From Fastidiosibacter lacustris (GTDB taxonomy: Bacteria; Pseudomonadota; Gammaproteobacteria; Francisellales; Francisellaceae), in contig NZ_QLIR01000018.1 of NCBI RefSeq assembly GCF_003428155.1, positions 1 through 32,000 of the forward strand: DNA of 32,000 nucleotides, written 5' to 3'. The notes below the pieces were generated by a model. The model did no database searches, was not told the origin of the DNA, and saw nothing but the letters and a program-made list of their open reading frames with translations. This document shows, piece after piece, positions 19,423 to 29,585 of the stretch. Positions within the stretch are counted from its first letter, which is position 1. The number at the start of each line of letters is the position of its first letter. The position numbers and the translations under genes were made by a program.

Positions 19423-21825
19423 GTGTCAGAAAAAGAAACACCAAAACAATTGAGCATTGAAATAAATGGTCAAAACTATCTAGCACATCCTGGTGAGATG
19501 GTCATTCAGGTGGCAGATAGGCATGGTATTTATATTCCACGTTTTTGCTATCATAAAAAGCTTTCAATTGCAGCAAATTGCAGAATGTGTTTAGTAGAAA
19601 TAGCAGGTGCCAGAAAGCCGTCTCCAGCATGTGCAACGCCAATCATGGATGGTATGAAAATATTCACAAAATCACCTACAACGATTGCATATCAGAAGAG
19701 CGTGATGGAGTTTCTGCTAATTAATCATCCATTGGATTGTCCGATTTGCGATCAAGGTGGTGAATGTGAACTGCAAGATATCGCAATGGGTTATGGTAGT
19801 GATGCTTCTAAGTATAGTGAAACCAAACGTGCCTTTGATGATCCAAGTTTAGGTCCATTGGTGGCAACCGATATGACGCGTTGTATTCAGTGTACGCGTT
19901 GTGTGCGATTTGGTGAGGAAATAGCAGGGGATAAGGAATTAGGTGCAATGGGGCGTAGCGATCACATGGAGATTAGCACTTATGTTGCAAAAACAGTCAA
20001 CTCTGAGTTATCAGGTAATATCATCGATCTGTGTCCAGTTGGTGCGTTGACCTCTAAACCATTTAGATTTAATGCTCGTGCATGGGAATTACTGCAGTAC
20101 TCAACGATTTCGGGTGCAGATGCAGTGGGTGCTAATATTTATGCGCATGTAAGACGCAATCAAATTATGCGTGTGATACCAAAAGAAAATGATGAATTAA
20201 ATGAAACTTGGCTTGCCGACAAAGATCGTTTTTATTATACAGGCGTTTATAGTGAAGATCGTGTGACTTCACCAATCATTAAGAAAAATGGACATTGGAT
20301 CGAAGTATCATGGGAAGAAGCGCTTGATTTTGTGAAGGTTGCAATTGAGCACACAAAAGAAAATGAAGGTGTTAATACCATTTCAGCCTTAGCATCTGAG
20401 TCAGCAACAACAGAAGAATTGTATCTATTGCAAAAGCTCATTCGTAAACTTGGTTCGAATAACATTGAAACACGCTTAAAACAAGGATCAAATGCTAAAA
20501 AATTACATACAGGAGTCGGTTTTGATTGCAGTTTTGCGGAGATTGAACAATCGGATGCAATTTTATTGCTTGGAAGTTACTTGCGCAAGGAAATCCCATT
20601 AATTAATCATCGCGTGCACAAAGCAGCAAAAAATGGTGCTAAGGTGTTAGCTATAAATAGCCAATATTACAGCTTTAATTATGAAATTCAAACCACATGT
20701 GTAGAAGCCAATGAATTCGTTTATGCTTTAGCAAGTTTGGTTAAAGCAATTGCCCAAAAGGTTGCTACCCCAATTCAGTCTGAAACTGTAAAATCAGTTA
20801 TTGATGCAATTGAGGTTTTCCCTGAAATTGAACACATTGCAGCTGAGCTTGGATGTTGTAAGAATCCTTTACTGATATTAGGTTTTGATGCTATTTTAAA
20901 TAAGGATTTTGCTGAAATTTATGCACTTTTCTTTGAGCTTAAACATTTACTTAATGCTAAAGGTGGTGTGTTGAGTATGGGGGCAAATAGCAAAGGCGCA
21001 CTTTTAGCAGGTGCCTCAGTAGATTACTCACCAGGTGGCGAAGAAAATCTGCAACATGGTTTAGCTCTACATGATATGTTGAGTAGTAAAACTAAGCTTA
21101 TGCTAAGCTTTGGCATTGAGCCTGAGTTAGATTGTATTGCTGGTAGTAAAGTGCTAAATGCATTAAAAGAGATTGATATCGTGGTTGCTTTCTCTGCTTA
21201 TGCTAATGAAGCCATGCGTGAATATGCTGATATTATTTTACCAATCACAACGCACTTTGAAACCGATGGTTCATTTGTGAATATTAATGGTCAAACCCAG
21301 CGCTTTAAAGCGGTAATATCTCCATATGAAGATAGTAAACCATTGTGGAAGGTACTGCGTGTATTAAGTAATTTATTAGCTATAGAAGGTTTTGATTACC
21401 AGACGTTAGATGAGGTTTATGCTGAGTATGCAGCCATTGAAAAAGTAGCACCTGTGCCGGTTATAGATGATTATTTAAAGAATGGATTGCCAAATTTGGC
21501 AGAAGGTTATTCGATTTTACCAACTGTTTCAATGTATAGTACATCAAGCACATTAAGGCGTGCGAAGCCATTGCAGAATACTCAAGATGCGATGTACTAT
21601 AAAGCGGTAAGGTTGTCAGCTAAGTTTGCTGTAGATAAAGGTATCGTTGACCAAACTGAAGTAAGCATTGGTATATCTGATCAATTTTACCAATTACCGA
21701 TTGTGATAGATGAAAATTTAGCTCAAAACACGATAGTAATTCCGTTCCAACTTCTGCCTCCTTGTAGTAAAAATTTAGCAAATGTTACAATTGCTGTAGT
21801 TAAAAATGAAGTGGTGGACATATGA
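19423..21825 (+). CDS. nuoG: NADH-quinone oxidoreductase subunit G
   Basis: [2Fe-2S] [83 protein letters not shown] at 19423 preceded by AAGG; the track opens at GTG 19414. Confidence 0.96.
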   Translation: MSEKETPKQLSIEINGQNYLAHPGEMVIQVADRHGIYIPRFCYHKKLSIAANCRMCLVEIAGARKPSPACATPIMDGMKIFTKSPTTIAYQKSVMEFLLINHPLDCPICDQGGECELQDIAMGYGSDASKYSETKRAFDDPSLGPLVATDMTRCIQCTRCVRFGEEIAGDKELGAMGRSDHMEISTYVAKTVNSELSGNIIDLCPVGALTSKPFRFNARAWELLQYSTISGADAVGANIYAHVRRNQIMRVIPKENDELNETWLADKDRFYYTGVYSEDRVTSPIIKKNGHWIEVSWEEALDFVKVAIEHTKENEGVNTISALASESATTEELYLLQKLIRKLGSNNIETRLKQGSNAKKLHTGVGFDCSFAEIEQSDAILLLGSYLRKEIPLINHRVHKAAKNGAKVLAINSQYYSFNYEIQTTCVEANEFVYALASLVKAIAQKVATPIQSETVKSVIDAIEVFPEIEHIAAELGCCKNPLLILGFDAILNKDFAEIYALFFELKHLLNAKGGVLSMGANSKGALLAGASVDYSPGGEENLQHGLALHDMLSSKTKLMLSFGIEPELDCIAGSKVLNALKEIDIVVAFSAYANEAMREYADIILPITTHFETDGSFVNINGQTQRFKAVISPYEDSKPLWKVLRVLSNLLAIEGFDYQTLDEVYAEYAAIEKVAPVPVIDDYLKNGLPNLAEGYSILPTVSMYSTSSTLRRAKPLQNTQDAMYYKAVRLSAKFAVDKGIVDQTEVSIGISDQFYQLPIVIDENLAQNTIVIPFQLLPPCSKNLANVTIAVVKNEVVDI

Positions 21826-22835
21826 TTTTAGATATTATTTGGATCGTTTTGAAGATTTTATTGATAGTCATCCCATTGATACTTGTTGTTGCTTATTACA
21901 CTTATGCTGAACGTAAAGTGATCGGTTATATGCAGGATCGTATAGGTCCAAATAGAGTGGGTTCGTTTGGTCTTTTACAGCCAATTGTTGATGCAATTAA
22001 GCTTTTATTAAAAGAGATTATTATTCCTGCGAAATCAAACCGATATTTATTTTTTATTGCGCCGATGTTGGCTTTTGCTCCAGCTTATACTGCTTGGGCG
22101 GTTGTGCCATTTGGTCAAGGAGTTGTGTTAGCAAATATTAATGCAGGTGTGCTATATATTTTGGCGATGACTTCCATTGCAGTATATGGGGTGATTATTG
22201 CCGGCTGGGCTTCTAACTCGAAATATGCGATGTTTGGAGCATTACGTGCGGCAGCGCAAGTGGTCTCATATGAACTTGCAATGGGCTTTGCGATTATTGG
22301 TGTGCTGATTGCTGCTGGCTCCTTGAACCTAAGCACGATTGTCGAAACGCAAAAAGGGGGCTTTTGGCATTGGTATTTTATTCCACTTTTCCCGCTTTTC
22401 ATTATTTATTTTATTGCAGGAGTCGCTGAAACTGGGCGTGCGCCATTTGATGTGATTGAGGGGGAGTCTGAAATTGTAGCGGGTCACCATGTCGAATACT
22501 CAGGTGCACGCTTTGCGCTATTCTTCTTGGCAGAATATGCCAATATGATTTTGATCAGCTTATTAACAGCTGTTTTTTTCCTAGGCGGCTGGATGTCACC
22601 ATTTGAGCAGATTCCGGTGTTGGATAAATTCTTTAACTTTGTGCCGGGTATAATTTGGCTATTCTTAAAGACAGGGGTATTTATGTTTATGTATCTTTGG
22701 ATTCGTGCTACTTTTCCAAGATACCGTTATGATCAATTAATGCGTTTGGGTTGGAAGATTTTTATTCCAGTTACCCTAGTATGGGTAATTGTAGTTGCTT
22801 TCATGGTTAAACTTGGCTTAAGCCCTTGGTGGTAG
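21822..22835 (+). CDS. nuoH: NADH-quinone oxidoreductase subunit H
   Basis: 337 aa. [66 protein letters not shown]. Confidence 0.98.
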   Translation: MILDIIWIVLKILLIVIPLILVVAYYTYAERKVIGYMQDRIGPNRVGSFGLLQPIVDAIKLLLKEIIIPAKSNRYLFFIAPMLAFAPAYTAWAVVPFGQGVVLANINAGVLYILAMTSIAVYGVIIAGWASNSKYAMFGALRAAAQVVSYELAMGFAIIGVLIAAGSLNLSTIVETQKGGFWHWYFIPLFPLFIIYFIAGVAETGRAPFDVIEGESEIVAGHHVEYSGARFALFFLAEYANMILISLLTAVFFLGGWMSPFEQIPVLDKFFNFVPGIIWLFLKTGVFMFMYLWIRATFPRYRYDQLMRLGWKIFIPVTLVWVIVVAFMVKLGLSPWW

Positions 22836-22851
22836 GAGAGGAGGTTTAGAT

Positions 22852-23343
22852 ATGTTTAAAACAATTAAACGTTATTGTCAGACTTTCTTGCTGTGGGAGT
22901 TAGTAAAAGGTCTTAAGATTACAGGTAAGCATCTTTTTACGCGCAAGGTAACCGTGCAATATCCTGATGAAAAAACACCACAATCAGGTCGTTTTCGTGG
23001 TTTACATGCTTTACGTCGTTATGAAAATGGTGAAGAGCGTTGTATTGCATGTAAATTGTGTGAAGTGGTATGTCCTGCTTTGGCAATTACAATAGAAGCA
23101 GCGCCGCGCAAAGATGGTTCAAGGCGCACCACAAAATATGAAATTGACTTATTTAAATGTATTTTTTGTGGCTTGTGCGAAGAATCTTGTCCTGTCGATT
23201 CTATTGTTGAAACACGTATATTTGAGTATCACTTTGAGAATCGTGGTGAAAATATCATGACAAAAGCAAAACTGTTGGCAATTGGAGATCAGTATGAACA
23301 GGAGATTGCCAGGGATCGTGAAGTGGACAAGGCATTTAGATAG
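22852..23343 (+). CDS. nuoI: NADH-quinone oxidoreductase subunit I
   Basis: 163 aa. Two [4Fe-4S] motifs: [12 protein letters not shown] and [19 protein letters not shown]. Confidence 0.98.
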   Translation: MFKTIKRYCQTFLLWELVKGLKITGKHLFTRKVTVQYPDEKTPQSGRFRGLHALRRYENGEERCIACKLCEVVCPALAITIEAAPRKDGSRRTTKYEIDLFKCIFCGLCEESCPVDSIVETRIFEYHFENRGENIMTKAKLLAIGDQYEQEIARDREVDKAFR

Positions 23344-23351
23344 GAGCCAAG

Positions 23352-23954
23352 ATGAGCGTTAACATTATATTTTACGTTTTTGCAACCCTCACTGTTTTAG
23401 GTGCTTTGCTGGTGATTAGTGCTAAAAACCCAGTGCGAGCAGTGATTGCTAAGGTATTTACTTTCTTTGCAGCAGCGGGGGTGTGGTTAACTATGCAACA
23501 AGAATACTTGGCTTTACTTTTAATCGTTGTTTATGTCGGTGCGGTTTTGGTTATGTTCTTGTTTGTGGTGATGATGCTTGATATCGATATCATCATTAAG
23601 CAAAAAAAGCTTGTTTTCTATTGGCCGATTGTAATTGTGCTTTGTGTTTGTTTGGCTGTGTTGATTTCAATTGTGGCGACACATACGTTTAGCGGTAAAG
23701 TGCTCACAGGGGGATTAGGTACAGTTGAAAACCTAGGACGTGAGCTGTTTTCTGATAAATATCTCTATACTTTTGAGCTTGCAGGTATGATTTTGTTAGC
23801 TGCAATGGTTGCGGCTATCACGCTTACTTTCCGTGGTAAAAAACCAGGTAATAAATCTATGAACCCCGCATTACAAATCAAAACTCAGGCTAAAGATCGT
23901 TTGACAATGGTTAAAATGAAGTCTGAAAAGACTAATAAGGGAGAACCTAAATGA
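23352..23954 (+). CDS. nuoJ: NADH-quinone oxidoreductase subunit J
   Basis: 200 aa membrane protein in operon position [55 protein letters not shown]. Confidence 0.96.
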   Translation: MSVNIIFYVFATLTVLGALLVISAKNPVRAVIAKVFTFFAAAGVWLTMQQEYLALLLIVVYVGAVLVMFLFVVMMLDIDIIIKQKKLVFYWPIVIVLCVCLAVLISIVATHTFSGKVLTGGLGTVENLGRELFSDKYLYTFELAGMILLAAMVAAITLTFRGKKPGNKSMNPALQIKTQAKDRLTMVKMKSEKTNKGEPK

Positions 23955-24268
23955 CAAGTATTCCTGTGCCCTTAACGCATTATCTTATTTTTAGTGCCAT
24001 TATTTTTTCACTGAGTGTTGCTGGTATTATCATCAATCGTCGTAACTTGTTGATCTTATTGATGTCAATAGAGTTAATGTTATTGGCGATAAATACGAAT
24101 TTTATTGCCTTTTCAAGTATGCTAAAGCAAAACACAGGTGAGGTGTTTGTATTCTTCATTTTAACTGTTGCAGCAGCAGAAGCAGCGATTGGTTTAGCGA
24201 TTGTTGTGGTGTTATTTAGAACACGTAAGACAATTGATGTTGGTCAACTTAATACACTAAAAGGTTAG
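23951..24268 (+). CDS. nuoK: NADH-quinone oxidoreductase subunit K
   Basis: 105 aa. [26 protein letters not shown] ... [23 protein letters not shown]. Confidence 0.97.
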   Translation: MTSIPVPLTHYLIFSAIIFSLSVAGIIINRRNLLILLMSIELMLLAINTNFIAFSSMLKQNTGEVFVFFILTVAAAEAAIGLAIVVVLFRTRKTIDVGQLNTLKG

Positions 24269-24272
24269 GTCA

Positions 24273-26282
24273 ATGGGTATTGATTTTATTATTGCTATCA
24301 TCATTTTGGCGCCAGCATTTGGTGCAATTGCGGCGGGCTTTTTTGCTAAGAAAGTCCAGCCTATTGGTGTGAATTGCATTACCATTGGCTTGGTTGGGTT
24401 GTCGTTTATTCTAAGTGTGGTCTTAGCTTTAGGCGTGTATCTAAATAATGCTGTTTATACAGCAACTTATTTTAACTGGGCTCTTTTTCCAAGTTTAGGC
24501 ATGAAAGTAAGCTTCACTGTCGATAGACTTTCTGCTTTTATGATGGTGATTGTGACTTTCGTATCAGCTTTAGTCCATATCTATTCAGTTGGTTATATGC
24601 GTGGTGAAGCAGGTTATGCGCGCTTCTTTGCTTACATTTCAGGCTTTACTTTTGCTATGTTGTGCTTAGTCATGGGTAATAACTTTTTATTACTTTTCTT
24701 TGGTTGGGAAGGTGTTGGTCTATTCTCGTATTTGCTTATTGGTTATTACTTTGATAAAGACTCAGCCAATGAGGCAAGTTTACGTGCATTTATTATTAAT
24801 CGGGTTGGTGACCTTGGCTTTTTATTAGGCATTGCTGCGGTCATTTACTACTGCAATTCCATTGATTATAGTACGGTGTTCACTACTATAGCCAATTTGG
24901 ATAATAACCAAGTGATTTCCTTTTTAGGCATGAAGTTTAGTCCAATTACCTTAATGTGCGTGCTGTTGTTTGTTGGTGCAATGGGTAAATCAGCTCAGTT
25001 TCCATTACATACCTGGTTAGAAGGCTCAATGGAGGGTCCAACACCAATTTCTGCTTTGATCCATGCTGCAACGATGGTAACAGCAGGGGTGTTTATGGTA
25101 GCGCGCTTATCTCCGATGTTTGTTCACTCGACAACGGCTTTAAGCTTTGTGATGATTATTGGCGCCATTACGTGTTTGTTTATGGGGTTGATTGCAATTG
25201 TGCAGATGGATATTAAGCGCGTTATTGCTTATTGTACATTATCTCAATTGGGTTATATGATGGTTGCTCAAGGCGCATCGGGTTTTTCAATCGGTATGTT
25301 CCATTTAATGACCCATGCGATGTTTAAAGCTTTACTATTTTTGGCAGCAGGTTCGGTGATTGTTGCGCTTCATCACGAGCAAGATATGCGTAAAATGGGT
25401 GGATTGCGGAAATACATGCCTATTACCTATATTTGTATGATCATTGGTGGTTGGGCGCTTGCAGCTATCCCTCCATTTGCAGGTTTTTTCTCAAAAGATT
25501 TAATCATTGAAACAGCAGAAATCACTACTTTACCTGGTCATGAATTTGCGTATTATTTAGTATTGGCATGTGCATTTGTTACTCCATTCTATACTTTTAG
25601 AATGATTTTTATGACTTTTCATGGTCAGCCAAGAATGGACGCGCATACTAAGGCACATATAAAGGAATCACCTTGGAGTATTTTGATTCCACTTATTTTG
25701 CTAGCCATTCCATCGATTTTTATGGGTATGTTGTTCTTTGAACTAGCGTTAACACCAAATACAGCTAATTCAGACGGGTTCTTTGGCAATACTATTGCGC
25801 AATATATGCAACCGCAATTAGGTAACATGACCGTAATTAGCGTATTGGCAGAAGAAGCAATAACGAAAACACCTTGGGACTACATTATGCACTCCCTGCA
25901 TACTGCTCCTTTTTGGTTAGCAGTCTTAGCTTTGATTCTAGCCTATATCTTTTATGTTTTGATGCCAAATATTCCAAAGACACTCGCCAACGTACGCTCA
26001 GGTATGGGTATTTTGCATTATGTGTTAGTAAAAAAATACTTTATTGATGAACTGTATGACTTGGTGTTTGTTAAAGGTACGAGGTTATTGAGTAAATTTT
26101 TATGGGTTGTCGTTGATATCTTTATGATCGATAAAATTGCTGTGCAAGGTAGTGCAAATTTAATTTATTTCACTGGTAAGAAACTGACCAAGGTTCAGCG
26201 TGGTTATTTGTTTGATTATGCGTTGGTGCTTTTGATCGGTGTATTGGCATTAATCACATGGCTTATTTTTTGGGTAAACTAG
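24273..26282 (+). CDS. nuoL: NADH-quinone oxidoreductase subunit L
   Basis: 669 aa antiporter-like subunit. HIYSVGYMRGEAGYARFFAYISGFTFAMLCLVMGNNFLLLFFGWEGVGLFSYLLIGYY, TPISALIHAATMVTAGVFM, long C-terminal amphipathic/TM extension. Confidence 0.98.
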   Translation: MGIDFIIAIIILAPAFGAIAAGFFAKKVQPIGVNCITIGLVGLSFILSVVLALGVYLNNAVYTATYFNWALFPSLGMKVSFTVDRLSAFMMVIVTFVSALVHIYSVGYMRGEAGYARFFAYISGFTFAMLCLVMGNNFLLLFFGWEGVGLFSYLLIGYYFDKDSANEASLRAFIINRVGDLGFLLGIAAVIYYCNSIDYSTVFTTIANLDNNQVISFLGMKFSPITLMCVLLFVGAMGKSAQFPLHTWLEGSMEGPTPISALIHAATMVTAGVFMVARLSPMFVHSTTALSFVMIIGAITCLFMGLIAIVQMDIKRVIAYCTLSQLGYMMVAQGASGFSIGMFHLMTHAMFKALLFLAAGSVIVALHHEQDMRKMGGLRKYMPITYICMIIGGWALAAIPPFAGFFSKDLIIETAEITTLPGHEFAYYLVLACAFVTPFYTFRMIFMTFHGQPRMDAHTKAHIKESPWSILIPLILLAIPSIFMGMLFFELALTPNTANSDGFFGNTIAQYMQPQLGNMTVISVLAEEAITKTPWDYIMHSLHTAPFWLAVLALILAYIFYVLMPNIPKTLANVRSGMGILHYVLVKKYFIDELYDLVFVKGTRLLSKFLWVVVDIFMIDKIAVQGSANLIYFTGKKLTKVQRGYLFDYALVLLIGVLALITWLIFWVN

Positions 26283-26306
26283 GGCATTTAGAGGAAAGTT
26301 AATATT

Positions 26307-27920
26307 ATGTTTATAACTCATTATTTACTGAGTTTACTAATTTGGGTGCCGGTTATTGGCGGCTTTATTGTGCTTGCGGCAAAATCTCCTGATGGCAAGA
26401 AAGAAGCAGCGCGTTGGACGGCACTGGCAGTGGCGGTGATAACGCTTCTATTGTGTATTCCTTTATATCTTGAGTTTGATCCAACCACTGCACAAATGCA
26501 GTTTGTTGAGCGTGTACGTTGGTTTAGTTTGTTTGCTAATAAAGATGCCGTTTATTACTATCTTGGTGTAGACGGTTTTTCTGTATTGTTTATTATTTTG
26601 ACAAGTTTCACCAACCTTGTAATTGTGCTGGCGGCTTGGCATAGTATCAAGGTGCGTTTAAGACAGTACATGGCGATCTTTTTGATTACAACAGGCTTAA
26701 CCAATGCTGTTTTTATGGCACAGGATACTATGCTTTTCTATATTTTCTGGGAAGCATTATTAATTCCAACAACTCTGGGTATTGGTATTTGGGGCGGTAA
26801 GAAAAAGGCCTATGCAGCTCTTAAATACTTTTTGTATACCTTTGCAGGTTCTATCTTCTTATTGCTTGCGTTTTTATACATACAACGACAAGTAGCCGCT
26901 TTGCCCACTAGCTCACTTGTGGATAGTGGCACGTTCTCGATCCAAAACTTTATCTTCTGGGCAACGGAAGTTAATAACATAGGGCAATTGATCAATATTA
27001 CGCTAACGACGCAATTGCTATTGTTCGGTGCATTTTTCTTGGCTTTTGCCGTTAAAATACCGATGTGGCCGTTTCATTCATGGTTACCAGATGCGCATTC
27101 AGAAGCACCCGCGGGTGGTTCGGTTGTTTTGGCTGCTTTGATGTTAAAGCTAGGTGCATATGGTTTCCTACGCTTTGTGTTGCCTCTGATTCCAGCAGTT
27201 ACTGCTATGTTGGATTGGTTTTTAATTGTTATGTCCCTCATTGCTATTGTATACGTTGGGATTGTTGCAATTGCTCAAACTGATTTTAAACGCTTAATTG
27301 CTTACTCATCCATCTCACATATGGGATTAGTGACATTGGCAATGTTTTCGATCTTTCTTTTAGTAAAAAATAATCCAGATCACATGCTTGGAATGGCGGA
27401 TGCGCAGTTTGCCATTCAAGGTGCGGTGTTTCAGATGATTGCTCACGCTTTTTCGTCAGGTGGAATGTTTATTGGTTGTGGTTATTTATATTTACGGATG
27501 CAAACACGTAATATTGCTGATTTTCAAGGTGTTGCCCGTTCAATGCCAATATTTGCGACTTTTTTTATGTTATTTTGTTTAGCAAACGTCGGACTCCCAG
27601 GCACAAGTGGTTTTGTCGGTGAGTTTTTAATTATTTTAGCTGTGTTTAAATATTCTCCTTGGGTGGCACTGTTAGCAGGATTGACACTTATCATTGCACC
27701 TGCTTATACGCTTTGGATGTATAAGAGGGTGTTCTTTGGTAAAGTAGTAACCACACAAGTGGCGACACTTAAAGATATTTCTGGACTTGAGATTTTTGTG
27801 CTTGTGTTGTTGGCAATACCAACGATTTTGTTTGGTGTTTATCCTGAGCCGATTTTACAACTTTCTTCTGCGGCTTCAACGCATATCATCCAAGCTGCAC
27901 ATGCGATAACGATAGGATAA
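26307..27920 (+). CDS. nuoM: NADH-quinone oxidoreductase subunit M
   Basis: 537 aa. LPDAHSEAPAGGSVVLAALMLKLGAYGFLRF, KRLIAYSSISHMG, MIAHAFSSGGMFIGCGYLYLR. Confidence 0.98.
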   Translation: MFITHYLLSLLIWVPVIGGFIVLAAKSPDGKKEAARWTALAVAVITLLLCIPLYLEFDPTTAQMQFVERVRWFSLFANKDAVYYYLGVDGFSVLFIILTSFTNLVIVLAAWHSIKVRLRQYMAIFLITTGLTNAVFMAQDTMLFYIFWEALLIPTTLGIGIWGGKKKAYAALKYFLYTFAGSIFLLLAFLYIQRQVAALPTSSLVDSGTFSIQNFIFWATEVNNIGQLINITLTTQLLLFGAFFLAFAVKIPMWPFHSWLPDAHSEAPAGGSVVLAALMLKLGAYGFLRFVLPLIPAVTAMLDWFLIVMSLIAIVYVGIVAIAQTDFKRLIAYSSISHMGLVTLAMFSIFLLVKNNPDHMLGMADAQFAIQGAVFQMIAHAFSSGGMFIGCGYLYLRMQTRNIADFQGVARSMPIFATFFMLFCLANVGLPGTSGFVGEFLIILAVFKYSPWVALLAGLTLIIAPAYTLWMYKRVFFGKVVTTQVATLKDISGLEIFVLVLLAIPTILFGVYPEPILQLSSAASTHIIQAAHAITIG

Positions 27921-27928
27921 GATTAAAT

Positions 27929-29371
27929 ATGATGTTAGCAAATATTATCACTGTATTACCTGAAATTACCTTGAGTATTGGCGCACTTGTAGTGATGTTA
28001 TCTGACTTGTTTTGGGGCAAGAGAGTTAAGAATATCGCCTATATTTTGACTCAGTTATTTTTAATTATTGCGTCTTGGATTTTATTGAAGTCTTTGTTAA
28101 GCCACGTCCATGTCGGTTTTGAAGGGCAAACTCTATCCAACGAACTAACTTTTGTATTGCAAGAAGTTATTGTGTTAGTTGCGTTTTTCGTGTTTATCTA
28201 TTGTAAAGAATACATAGAAGATAGGCAGTTACCGCAAGGTGAGTTTTATGTGTTAGCACTTTTGTCTATTTTGGGGGCGCTGGTGTTAACTTCAGCACAT
28301 AGTTTATTAACTATTTACATTGGATTAGAGCTTTTATCTTTACCGCTTTATGCACTTCTTGCGATTCGCCGCGGATTTGCTAAAGGTGCTGAAGCAGCAA
28401 TTAAATACTTTGTATTAGGAGCGATAGCATCAGGCTTGTTATTATATGGAATGTCGTTTATCTATGGTATTACTGGCAGTCTGGATTTAACTGAAATTGG
28501 TAAATACCTTACCAATCCAACAGCTGCACATATGGATATCGTGTTAATCGCTATGGTATTAATGATTACAACGGCTACTTTTAAGCTTGGAGCTGTGCCT
28601 TTTCATATGTGGGTACCAGATGTTTATGAAGGCTCACCTAATGCAGTGACTGCTTTTTTAGCGTCAGTACCAAAAGTTGCCGCTTTTGCAATGCTTGTTA
28701 ATATTCTAATGATTGCAATGCCAGCACAATCCTTTGCCTGGACAAAAGTATTAATGGTATTGGCAGTGATTTCGATCTTCTTTGGTAACTTGATGGCGCT
28801 AGCCCAGAAGAACCTTAAGCGTTTATTAGGTTATTCCACGATTTCGCACGTCGGATTTGTGTTGTTAGCGCTTATTTTGAATCCCACTGCTTTTGCGGTA
28901 TCAACTGCATTATTTTATGTTATCATCTATGTACTTATGTCAGCAGCAGCTTTTGGTGTACTTATCGTATTGAGTGTTAAAGGTAATGATGTTGAAAACC
29001 TAGGTGACTTTGCAGGACTGAACCGTCGTAATCCGTGGATTGCCTTTCTAATGTTGATCGTCATGTTTTCAATGGCAGGTATTCCACCGTTATCAGGTTT
29101 TACAGCTAAGCTTTTTGTGATTATGGGCTTGGTTGATACAGGGCATCTAGGTTTGGCTATTTATGCACTTATCATGTCTGTCATTGCTGCATATTATTAT
29201 TTACGTGTTATTAAAGTGATGTACTTTGAGTTACCTAAAAACCAGACCCCTGTTTATGCCAATAAAGTTACTTTGTTTGGCTTGAGTATTAACACCGGAC
29301 TGATTTTACTATTAGGGGTATTCCCAGCACTTCTTGTTACACTTATTACACCAATTTATATGCTGTTTTGA
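27929..29371 (+). CDS. nuoN: NADH-quinone oxidoreductase subunit N
   Basis: 480 aa. FHMWVPDVYEGSPNAVTAFLASVPKVAAFAML, LKRLLGYSTISHVGFVLL, GIPPLSGFTAKLFV. Confidence 0.98.
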   Translation: MMLANIITVLPEITLSIGALVVMLSDLFWGKRVKNIAYILTQLFLIIASWILLKSLLSHVHVGFEGQTLSNELTFVLQEVIVLVAFFVFIYCKEYIEDRQLPQGEFYVLALLSILGALVLTSAHSLLTIYIGLELLSLPLYALLAIRRGFAKGAEAAIKYFVLGAIASGLLLYGMSFIYGITGSLDLTEIGKYLTNPTAAHMDIVLIAMVLMITTATFKLGAVPFHMWVPDVYEGSPNAVTAFLASVPKVAAFAMLVNILMIAMPAQSFAWTKVLMVLAVISIFFGNLMALAQKNLKRLLGYSTISHVGFVLLALILNPTAFAVSTALFYVIIYVLMSAAAFGVLIVLSVKGNDVENLGDFAGLNRRNPWIAFLMLIVMFSMAGIPPLSGFTAKLFVIMGLVDTGHLGLAIYALIMSVIAAYYYLRVIKVMYFELPKNQTPVYANKVTLFGLSINTGLILLLGVFPALLVTLITPIYMLF

Positions 29372-29585
29372 TTTTTATTATTAGGAGTATTTCTAGCACT
29401 ATAGAGTCCTAACTTTCTATCTTAACTTTACTTTAAGTTGTTTCAGTAATTACCAGTGATGTATAGTCATTCTAATAAATATTCACATTATCCAATCTAT
29501 ATTTCAAAATGGTTATCATAAGATATAGGATAGATTTGACACTTAGAAATTTAAAATGTTAGATGTGGTCTGTGGAGCGCTTACA

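Noticed and set aside
14784-29371. Unusual variant of Complex I
   Set aside because: All 14 subunits are present in standard order with intact Fe-S motifs. Separate nuoC/nuoD is the ancestral arrangement and is common outside Enterobacteria.
29536-29564. TTGACA at 29536-29541 as a plus-strand promoter reading antisense into the kinase gene
   Set aside because: At 17-nt spacing the -10 would be TTAGAT, a poor match. No plus-strand gene or small RNA structure follows.
29372-29585. Possible small gene or mobile element boundary between nuoN and the kinase gene
   Set aside because: Only weak, widely spaced 5-7 bp inverted repeats (e.g. AATCTAT/ATAGATT) are visible. No ORF, transposase remnant, direct repeats or stable hairpin.
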